48,842 nucleotides of DNA from an uncultured Anaerolineales bacterium (GTDB taxonomy: Bacteria > Chloroflexota > Anaerolineae > B4-G1 > SLSP01): positions 1 to 48,842 of the forward strand of contig CAZEXX010000003.1 of the NCBI GenBank assembly GCA_964516885.1. Reading direction: 5' to 3'. The notes under the pieces are model-generated. The model worked only from the letters and a program-made list of their open reading frames with translations. It was not told the DNA's origin and did not search any database. Below, piece by piece: positions 37,890-44,843 of the stretch (position 1 is the stretch's first letter; each line of letters begins with the position of its first letter). The position numbers were made by a program, and so were the translations under genes.

Positions 37890-38135
37890 TCAGGCCTCCG
37901 AGGCCCCGGCTTCCGAAAGATGAACCTTGATCCTGCGGGCCTCCCCGCGCCCCAATGCAATCCGTGCGCCGCGCACCGAGACGATGATCGGGCCGGCGCC
38001 ATGATTCCGCACAACTTGTATCGGAGTGCCTGGGGTGAATCCCAGCGCAGCTAGACGGGACACAAACCTACGTCCACCCTCTAAGGAACCGACGAATCCC
38101 ACCTCCCCTGGAGTCAACCTAGCGAGAGAAACCAT
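37890..38135 (-). CDS. feoA: FeoA family protein
   Basis: 81 aa. SH3-like FeoA pattern LTPGEVGFV...LGFTPGTPIQVV. Confidence 0.9.
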   Translation of the reverse strand: MVSLARLTPGEVGFVGSLEGGRRFVSRLAALGFTPGTPIQVVRNHGAGPIIVSVRGARIALGRGEARRIKVHLSEAGASEA

Positions 38136-38174
38136 ACTCAGTCATACCTCCAATAATGCTTTGGCATTGGGTGA

Positions 38175-38822
38175 TTAAGGAAGCTCCAACCAGACGGAGC
38201 CCGCGTCCTCCGCCGGCACGTGAACAGGCGCGGCAGCCTCAGCAATCAACACCTCGGCCCCCGCAGCACCCTGCGATAGGACCTGGACGCAACGGCCCGG
38301 CACAACCCCGCTCTCACGAAGACGCTGCAACAACGCAGGGATCTCCGGTGCAATGCGGGTGATCTGAGCCTGCGCACCTTCGGGAAGGCTCCGCAGACAT
38401 ACCTCCGCTGATGAGCGGCCCTGGGGTGGTATCGGCACGCCGTGGGGCCACGCCTGCGCGTCGCCCAGGAAGGCAGCTAACCGATCTGTAACTAACCCGG
38501 TGGCCACATGTTCCAACCCGCCCGCGATCTCGTGCGCCTCGTCCCAGGGTATCTCGAGAATATCGGTCAGGAAACGCTCCCAGAGGCGATGCCGCCGCAG
38601 CAAACGCATCGCGGCCTCCTCGCCCGTCTCTGTAAGCGTGACCCCCCGGTACGGATGGTAACGCACACTGCCTTTGGAGTCTAGCTTCTGAACCATCTCA
38701 TGAACCGAGACCGGCGAGAAGCCGAAGTACCGGGCCAGCTGCGACAGGGGTACGGGCGTCTCTGCGTCGCCCCGCAGACGGTAAATCGCCCCCAGATATT
38801 CCTCTACCCGATCTTGCTGCAT
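38175..38822 (-). CDS. DtxR/MntR-family metal-dependent repressor with C-terminal FeoA/SH3-like domain
   Basis: EEYLGAIYRL, VSVHEMVQKL, RRHRLWERFL. ATG 38822 (MQQDRVEEYL); the ORF track starts at GTG 38867. Confidence 0.88.
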   Translation of the reverse strand: MQQDRVEEYLGAIYRLRGDAETPVPLSQLARYFGFSPVSVHEMVQKLDSKGSVRYHPYRGVTLTETGEEAAMRLLRRHRLWERFLTDILEIPWDEAHEIAGGLEHVATGLVTDRLAAFLGDAQAWPHGVPIPPQGRSSAEVCLRSLPEGAQAQITRIAPEIPALLQRLRESGVVPGRCVQVLSQGAAGAEVLIAEAAAPVHVPAEDAGSVWLELP

Positions 38823-38855
38823 CTTGTCACCCCGATATCCTACCTGGCACTCCCA

Positions 38856-38877
38856 ATTATAAGGCACACCTTATAAT
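38856..38877. promoter_or_regulatory. 22-bp palindrome, candidate DtxR-family operator
   Basis: ATTATAAGG-caca-CCTTATAAT (9-bp perfect arms), starting ~7 nt downstream of the predicted -10 of the dtxR-feoABC operon. Confidence 0.5.
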
Positions 38878-38883
38878 AAAACC

Positions 38884-38910
38884 ATTATATCACTGAATTT
38901 AGAAAATCAA
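38884..38910 (-). promoter_or_regulatory. candidate promoter of the dtxR-feoABC operon
   Basis: Minus strand: TTGATT (38910-38905), 15-nt spacer, extended -10 TGaTATAAT (-10 at 38889-38884). Confidence 0.45.
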
Positions 38911-39002
38911 GCTGCCAACTGCCGCTTTCTCGCCGGTCAAGCTAACCAGAAACATACCTAGGGGTTCCAACGGACCACCTTGCTCTTATCACCATCGGTG
39001 CT

Positions 39003-40283
39003 ATGATACCCTCAGTTTTTGGACGTGGACGACCTATGACAGAAGAAGAGACCATTCGAGCCCTGCCAGATCGGCCTCATCGTCGATGTCCTGAGTGTGG
39101 CACCCGCGTCGCTGATGGCGCCAAGACGTGCTTGATGTGTGGTGCGGAGCTTGAAGACGAAGAAGCTCCCTCAGGCGACACTGAGCCCCGAAGACGATCC
39201 GATCCAGCCCTTGGGGTGGCATCGGATGTCGATGGTTTGGAGAGTGAGCCCGGGTCCGTTTTCACATCGGACAAGTGGAAGCCACTGCGCATCGCCATCC
39301 TCGCCCTCGTCACTGTGATCATACTTGCGGGCGCGGCAGTCCTGGGTATGGACCTATCGCAGGGCAAGATCGCGGCGGAGCTGCCGACCTTCACCCCAAC
39401 GATCACGCTCACGCCGACGATCACGCCAAGCCCGACCTCGTCACCTACGCCCACGCAGACACCGCTGCCGACGGAGACACCTACGCCCATCCCACCGATC
39501 GAGTACGTCGTACAGTCAGGAGACTCGCTCCTGGCAATTGGACTGGAATTCAACCTGACGATCGACGAGCTGATCGCATACAACCAGCTGGAGTCCGAGT
39601 TCATCGTGGAGGGCCAGTCCCTCTTTATCCCCCCCCCAACGTCCACGCCGGGCCCACCGCCCACCACCATCCCGGGCCAGCCGACGGCCACGGCAGTCGC
39701 CTTCACGCTGCACACGGTTCGCTCCGGTGACACCCTCTCCACGATCGCTGAGAAGTACGGCGTCAGCATGAGCGAGATTCGGGCAGCCAATGACATTCCT
39801 GAGAACTCAGAATCCATCCAGGTGAATCAAGTGCTGACCATCCCGCACAGCACGCCGACGCCGGAGCCGCAGACCATCGTCGAAACGACGTCAACACCGA
39901 CGCCGGTACCGGGTACGGTGCATTACCCGGCTCCCTCGATGCTCTATCCGCCCGAGAACGCAATCTTCACCGGCCCAGATGCCGTGGTCGCGCTGCAATG
40001 GTCATCCGTCGGCATTCTGGAGGACCGCGAGTACTACAGCGTCGAACTGATCGTGCCCAGTGGCGGCGACACCGTGACCATCCGGGCCTACACGCGATCA
40101 ACGGTCTGGCGAGTGCCGAGCGACCTCTACCCCGGCGACGAGGTGGAAAACCGCGCCTACTCGTGGCGCGTCATCATCGTACGTCGGGTAACCGGGGGGG
40201 CGGATCCGGATTACAAGATCATTGGGCAGGCAGGGCGGAGACGGGGTTTCAGATGGGAGCCGGGGGAACCAACGGAACCATAG
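39003..40283 (+). CDS. zinc-ribbon / transmembrane / double LysM peptidoglycan-binding protein
   Basis: CPECGTRVADGAKTCLMCGAEL, a TM helix, a Pro/Thr-rich linker, and two LysM repeats (YVVQSGDSLLAIGLEFNLTIDELIAYN; HTVRSGDTLSTIAEKYGVSMSEIRAAN). Alternative ATG at 39036. Confidence 0.85.
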   Translation: MIPSVFGRGRPMTEEETIRALPDRPHRRCPECGTRVADGAKTCLMCGAELEDEEAPSGDTEPRRRSDPALGVASDVDGLESEPGSVFTSDKWKPLRIAILALVTVIILAGAAVLGMDLSQGKIAAELPTFTPTITLTPTITPSPTSSPTPTQTPLPTETPTPIPPIEYVVQSGDSLLAIGLEFNLTIDELIAYNQLESEFIVEGQSLFIPPPTSTPGPPPTTIPGQPTATAVAFTLHTVRSGDTLSTIAEKYGVSMSEIRAANDIPENSESIQVNQVLTIPHSTPTPEPQTIVETTSTPTPVPGTVHYPAPSMLYPPENAIFTGPDAVVALQWSSVGILEDREYYSVELIVPSGGDTVTIRAYTRSTVWRVPSDLYPGDEVENRAYSWRVIIVRRVTGGADPDYKIIGQAGRRRGFRWEPGEPTEP

Positions 40284-40312
40284 GACAAGCATCACGAAGG
40301 GAGAGCGCACCT

Positions 40313-40837
40313 ATGCAGAGTCTCAAGAGCCAGCAGATCGTAGCGGATTTCTTCGCGCAAGGCTATCGGGTCTCGGGGACCTTCCAGATCAGCACGCGCC
40401 TCTTCGCCGACGTCATCTATGACACCAACACTAACTACCTGGCCATTCTGCAGGCCTACCTGTCCCCCATCACAGACCCGGCCAAAATCAGCGCCTACTA
40501 CAGGACCACGACGATGAACAAGGCCAATCTGGACTTCATTCTGATGGTCGAGCAGAAGGACGGCTTGCGCCGCGACCAGCTCTACACACTGGGTACGACG
40601 TCGTTTGACCTGTGCCTCACGGTGCCTTTCTTCGAGATCAAGGGCCGCCTGCCGTCAGCCAAGCGCGCCTTCGATGCGCGCGCCTTCTTGACACGGGAAG
40701 CGGGCACGTTCATCACGCTGCTGGATGTGACCGCGCGCTGCACCTTCAACCCTGACCTGAGCTACCAGGGCGGCGCGGCGCTGATTGCGCGGAGTTCGAT
40801 AAGCTTCCTGGGAGAACACCAGTCCAACGAGGAATAA
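40313..40837 (+). CDS. hypothetical protein (174 aa), no recognisable family
   Basis: ATG 40313 follows GAAGGGAG. No TM segment or signal peptide. The 5' part of ORF-track 39998.. overlaps the LysM gene in another frame. Confidence 0.6.
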   Translation: MQSLKSQQIVADFFAQGYRVSGTFQISTRLFADVIYDTNTNYLAILQAYLSPITDPAKISAYYRTTTMNKANLDFILMVEQKDGLRRDQLYTLGTTSFDLCLTVPFFEIKGRLPSAKRAFDARAFLTREAGTFITLLDVTARCTFNPDLSYQGGAALIARSSISFLGEHQSNEE

Positions 40838-40966
40838 ACGCAGACTGTGGGCAGAGCTCAGACAGAGCAGTACAGGTCTTGATTCAAGGCCACCGCTTCG
40901 CAGCCCACCGGGCGTGTCACATGGAGACTCTATCAGTCACTGGGAACCACATATCAAGGAGAAGTC

Positions 40967-42046
40967 ATGGCTCGCGTTCTCATCATCGATGACAGTACTG
41001 ACATGCTGGACATGCTGAGCACCTTCTTCGAGCGCCGCACCAGCCATGAGGTCATAGTAGCCAAGAACGGTAAGAACGGCCTGGCCATGGCAATGGAGAA
41101 AATCCCGAATCTGGCATTGGTCGACGTGATGATGCCGGCGATGGACGGCTACGAGGTCGTCCGCAGACTACGCGCCGATCCCAAGACCCGCACCATGGGT
41201 ATCATCATCCTCACGGCACGCGGCCAACCCGTCGATGAGCAGGCAGCACTGCAGGCCGGCGCCGACATGCACCTCCCAAAACCGGTCGATATGGACGTTC
41301 TGGCGGATGCGGTGGAAACCGTTCTACTGAAAGCCAAGCCCGCCGGCAAGGAGATTGTCTTGCCGGTCATCGGGCTCAAAGGTGGCACGGGGGTGACCAC
41401 CGTCGCCGCGAATCTCGCGGCGCTCCTCCAGCAGGTTGGCCCCACAGTCCTGTGGGATCTCTCGCCCTCGTCAGGTCACGCCGCCCTCTTCCTGGGGCTC
41501 CAACCGAAGACGCACTGGGGAATCTATCTCCGCGACACAGCCAAGCCGGTCGAGCCGCTGATCATGCACCATCCCTCCGGCCTCCGCGTGCTCTGCGCAC
41601 CGCCGGTCCCCGGCCTGTTTGGCTGGTTCAGCGCCGGTAGCGCCGCAGCAGTCCTCGAGAGCCTGTCAGCAGACGCGCAGTTTGTGGTCGTCGATATGCC
41701 CTCGACCTTCGACGCTGCCGTCGGCCCGATCCTCTCCGCCGCCGAAAAGGTTCTCGTCATCACCGGGGATGACCCCCCGGCGATCCAGACCACACTGGCA
41801 ACGCTGCAAGTCCTGAAGAGATGGAGCGCTGAGGTCGTCCTCGCCCGTAATGCCGCCAGGTCCGGAAGGCATCTGGACACGCGGGCTCTGGGGCAGGCGA
41901 TGCGGGTGACCATCCACGTCGATCTGCCCTATGATCCCAATCAGAGCCTGGCGCTGAGCAAGGGGGTGCTTCTGGCGCTGGCCAAACCGGACAGTCCTTT
42001 GATCGCGGCGCTGAAGCTGACAGCCCAACAGCTCCTGAGGGCCTGA
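40967..42046 (+). CDS. response-regulator receiver fused to a ParA/MinD-like (TadZ/CpaE-like) ATPase domain
   Basis: Complete REC (D8 D9, D53 in LALVDVMMP, ILTARG, LPKP). Then a deviant Walker A, GLKGGTGVTT, where the canonical GK[ST] lysine is Val. Confidence 0.85.
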   Translation: MARVLIIDDSTDMLDMLSTFFERRTSHEVIVAKNGKNGLAMAMEKIPNLALVDVMMPAMDGYEVVRRLRADPKTRTMGIIILTARGQPVDEQAALQAGADMHLPKPVDMDVLADAVETVLLKAKPAGKEIVLPVIGLKGGTGVTTVAANLAALLQQVGPTVLWDLSPSSGHAALFLGLQPKTHWGIYLRDTAKPVEPLIMHHPSGLRVLCAPPVPGLFGWFSAGSAAAVLESLSADAQFVVVDMPSTFDAAVGPILSAAEKVLVITGDDPPAIQTTLATLQVLKRWSAEVVLARNAARSGRHLDTRALGQAMRVTIHVDLPYDPNQSLALSKGVLLALAKPDSPLIAALKLTAQQLLRA

Positions 42047-42061
42047 CACCTCAACAGCAGC

Positions 42062-42093
42062 AGAAGCGCGGGAGCACAGACTCCCACGCTTCT
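42062..42093. terminator. hairpin between convergent genes (terminator candidate)
   Basis: AGAAGCGCGGGAG / CTCCCACGCTTCT, 13-bp stem with one mismatch and a 6-nt loop. No clear U-tract. Confidence 0.35.
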
Positions 42094-42138
42094 GGTACGC
42101 CTCGATCAACGCGCATCGATCGGCTCGATCGACACGAT

Positions 42139-42555
42139 CTAATAACCGATCGACACCCGGCCCAGCATCACCAGGAACAGCAACCCGATCACAATCACGT
42201 CCAACAGCAACAACAGCGCCAAGACGAACTGCTGCCACGGCAGCAAGCCGGGCAGCCGCAGGCTGATACTGCGCTTGGGTTTGGTCGCCTCAATCGCATC
42301 TTCCAGCTCATCGGCCTCGACCTGGCTGCGCAGCGCATCCATCAGGTCAGCATCGGTCTCCGGAGCTTGCTCTGCCGGAACCACCGGCGCCGGGGTCACC
42401 TCAAACATAGCTTCCGCAGGTTCGGGCTCAGGCGTGTAGACTAGGGGCTCTGAGGACGCGAAGTCAAAAGCATCGTCATCGCTCTCTGCGCCCTCTTGAT
42501 CGTCGTCGCTTCCTTGCGCGGCCAATTCTACCAACCAGTCAGGAACATCGCTCAT
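42139..42555 (-). CDS. hypothetical acidic tail-anchored membrane protein
   Basis: 138 aa from MSDVPDWLVEL (ATG 42555, GGAGG 7 nt upstream). Very Asp/Glu-rich N-part and a single C-terminal TM segment (FVLALLLLLDVIVIGLLFLVML). Confidence 0.6.
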   Translation of the reverse strand: MSDVPDWLVELAAQGSDDDQEGAESDDDAFDFASSEPLVYTPEPEPAEAMFEVTPAPVVPAEQAPETDADLMDALRSQVEADELEDAIEATKPKRSISLRLPGLLPWQQFVLALLLLLDVIVIGLLFLVMLGRVSIGY

Positions 42556-42663
42556 CGCTGTACCTCCGGTCACTGAGTTCGAGCGCTAGCCAAGATCGCG
42601 TCTGTTGCACATGGTGCATACACTACAGATTGTAGCATACGCCAACAGGAGTCACAAGTCAAA

Positions 42664-43287
42664 TTGGATGCCCTCCCCCTGTCCCGCAGCTTCTACAGCC
42701 GAGAACCGGCCCTCGTGGCCCACGCGTTGATCGGCAAACAGTTGATTCGCATCCTTGATGATGCGACCGTGATCTGCCGCATCGTCGAGACTGAGGCGTA
42801 CAGTGGTGCTGGCGACGCCGCCTCCCACGCTGGCCGCGGCCCCACCGCGCGCAACTTCCCTATGTTCGGTCCACCAGGCCATGCTTATGTCTACTTCATC
42901 TATGGCATCCACTGGATGTTCAACATCGCCGCGCACCCCGCAGACACGCCTGGCGCGGTGCTCATCCGGGCAGTCGAACCACTGAGCGGCCTGGACCTCC
43001 TCCGCCGGCGTCGCGCCCAGCAGGGCCAGGCTGTCCGCATCGGGCGCCCCCGGCCTGACCGGGATCTCACCAACGGGCCGGCCAAACTCGCAAAGGCACT
43101 CGACCTCACCGGCGACCACAATAACCTGGATCTCTGCCGCGGCGCCGAGATCACTATCACTGACGGCGCCCTGGGCGTCGACGAGACCGTCGCCACTGGC
43201 CCCCGCGTTCGCGTCTCCGGCGGAGAGGATGCCCAGGCCCGCCCCTGGCGCTTCTGGATCGCCGGGAATCCGTGGGTATCGCGATGA
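42664..43287 (+). CDS. mpg: DNA-3-methyladenine glycosylase (Mpg/AAG family)
   Basis: FYSREPALVAHALIGK, RIVETEAYSGAGDAASHAGRGPTARNFPMFGPPGHAYVYFIYGIHWMFNI. TTG start. Confidence 0.9.
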   Translation: MDALPLSRSFYSREPALVAHALIGKQLIRILDDATVICRIVETEAYSGAGDAASHAGRGPTARNFPMFGPPGHAYVYFIYGIHWMFNIAAHPADTPGAVLIRAVEPLSGLDLLRRRRAQQGQAVRIGRPRPDRDLTNGPAKLAKALDLTGDHNNLDLCRGAEITITDGALGVDETVATGPRVRVSGGEDAQARPWRFWIAGNPWVSR

Positions 43288-43354
43288 GGGGCGGAGGGAC
43301 TGGTGAGAGAAACCAACGAAGAGGGAGCACCAGAGCCCTGACCAAAGCACGCCT

Positions 43355-43378
43355 CCGCCGGATCCTCAGATCCGGCGG
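43355..43378. terminator. perfect 10-bp hairpin in a convergent spacer
   Basis: CCGCCGGATC-ctca-GATCCGGCGG, 68 nt after the mpg stop. No strong U-tract. Confidence 0.35.
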
Positions 43379-43388
43379 CTCTGCGCAT

Positions 43389-43427
43389 ATGTAGGTTGAG
43401 CTGTCAGCTCGACCATCCGCTCGCCAG
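43389..43427. repeat. 39-nt hairpin repeat, copy 1 (intergenic)
   Basis: atgtaggttgagctgtcagctcgaccatccgctcgccag, 38/39 identical to the copy at 43522. Contains hairpin GGTTGAGCTG-t-CAGCTCGACC. Confidence 0.9.
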
Positions 43428-43521
43428 TACAGCGCAGAACGGGACCCGGTGATCCCTCTTGACGTCTCCAGGCTAGAACCTGTGCCGACTTGCACACACT
43501 ACGCTCAAATGCAACCGCCTG

Positions 43522-43560
43522 ATGTAGGTTGAGCTGTCAGCTCGACCATCTGCTCGCCAG
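43522..43560. repeat. 39-nt hairpin repeat, copy 2 (overlaps the acetamidase 3' end)
   Basis: atgtaggttgagctgtcagctcgaccatctgctcgccag. Its reverse complement encodes the last 7 codons (LASRWSS) and the TGA stop of the 43537-44457 gene. Confidence 0.9.
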
Positions 43561-44457
43561 CACCGCCTTCGGCACCTTGCACACCACCGTATAGGCTGGA
43601 TCGAAGACATTGCCGACCTCATACCGCACTACCTGCCCCAGCAGTGTGCTCCCGGCCCCAAAGCCCAGACCGTACTCCTCCGCCAGCCAGCGAAGCATCT
43701 CCGTCGTCGCGTGCTGCAGCGCCTGATCCAGCGGCCGCGCGTTACCCATCGTGAACAGGTAGTCCGCATCCTCGCCGCGCGGCCACCCGATCTCCTTCCC
43801 CTTCAGCACGCGCACCGAGAAGCGTACGTCGAACGACGTCTCAATCCCCGTCCCCACGATCTCGCCGTCGCCCTGCACCGCGTGCCCGTCGCCCAGATGG
43901 ATCAGCGCACCGGGCACGAAAACCGGGAAGGTCACCGTCGCCCCCGCGACCAGGCCGCGGTAATCCATATTGCCGCCGTGGGGACCGGACGTCGCTGTCC
44001 GGATCGCCTGACCGTGAGCCGGTGCCACACCCAGACAGCCCAACATCGGCGCCAGCGGCAACACGAGCCCCTCGAGCCCGGGCACCGGCTCCGCCGGGCG
44101 CGCCGTTCTCCGCACCAGATCCAGCGCCCACGTCATCCGCGACCTCACCGGGAGCTCAGGCACGAAGCTCGGGTCCACCACGTGCGACGCAACCGGCGTA
44201 TACGTCCAGCCCGTGTCCCGGCTCGGCGTGGCAACCTCGATCGTCACCGCTACCGCATCGCCAGGCTCGGCCCCCTCCACGTGGAACGGCCCCGTCTGCG
44301 GATTTGGGGCCTCACCTACCTGCTGGCCCCGGGCATCATACCCGTGCGCATCCAGTGTCGTTGTCTCCACGCTGTCGCCATCCGCAATCCGCAGCACCGC
44401 CGCGTGCGGCCCAAACGTATTGTGAAACTGCGTCGGCTCAAACCGATGAACTGTCAT
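43537..44457 (-). CDS. acetamidase/formamidase family protein
   Basis: 306 aa. FmdA/AmdA-like N-terminus (HNTFGPHAAVLRIADGDSVETTTLDAHG, GPFHVEGAEPGDAVAV). Strong SD GGTGAGGAGG. Confidence 0.8.
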   Translation of the reverse strand: MTVHRFEPTQFHNTFGPHAAVLRIADGDSVETTTLDAHGYDARGQQVGEAPNPQTGPFHVEGAEPGDAVAVTIEVATPSRDTGWTYTPVASHVVDPSFVPELPVRSRMTWALDLVRRTARPAEPVPGLEGLVLPLAPMLGCLGVAPAHGQAIRTATSGPHGGNMDYRGLVAGATVTFPVFVPGALIHLGDGHAVQGDGEIVGTGIETSFDVRFSVRVLKGKEIGWPRGEDADYLFTMGNARPLDQALQHATTEMLRWLAEEYGLGFGAGSTLLGQVVRYEVGNVFDPAYTVVCKVPKAVLASRWSS

Positions 44458-44777
44458 AGCATCCTCCTCACCTAACTCGTAGCCGGTATTCTAGAGCGAG
44501 GTCGCGCAGGAAGCAAGAAGATGCACCAAGACGACCACGAACAGACACACCACCTGCAGTGGCCTCTCCGATACGTATGTGTAGGCGGTGAATCTGTGGA
44601 TGGCGGCCATCTTGGCCGTATCTCTTCGTCAGTAGTTACCCATCGAGCCACCAGCCGTCCACACGCTTCTGCCGACAGGAGTGCCATCAGCACCCATCCA
44701 TCGATCGAACCATGAAGCACTCTTCATCTTCCGGCCATCGGCGAGCCGGCGTCCTGCACAACAGAGGTGCCCTACAC

Positions 44778-44816
44778 AGCACGTAGCTCAAGCCAGTGTG
44801 GCTTGAGCTACGTGCT
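44778..44816 (-). terminator. perfect 18-bp hairpin downstream of the COG2403 gene
   Basis: AGCACGTAGCTCAAGCCA-gtg-TGGCTTGAGCTACGTGCT, 28 nt after the stop at 44844. On the minus strand it is followed by GUGUAGGGCACCUCUGUUGUG. Confidence 0.5.
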
Positions 44817-44843
44817 TGTCGAAAGCTCAGCTTGCCCGGAGGG

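Noticed and set aside
44472-44720. An 82-aa ORF (and the opposite 64-aa ORF) in the gap upstream of the acetamidase gene
   Set aside because: They have Trp/Cys/Arg-rich composition, no SD and no recognisable fold, so they are probably non-coding. The gap itself remains unexplained.
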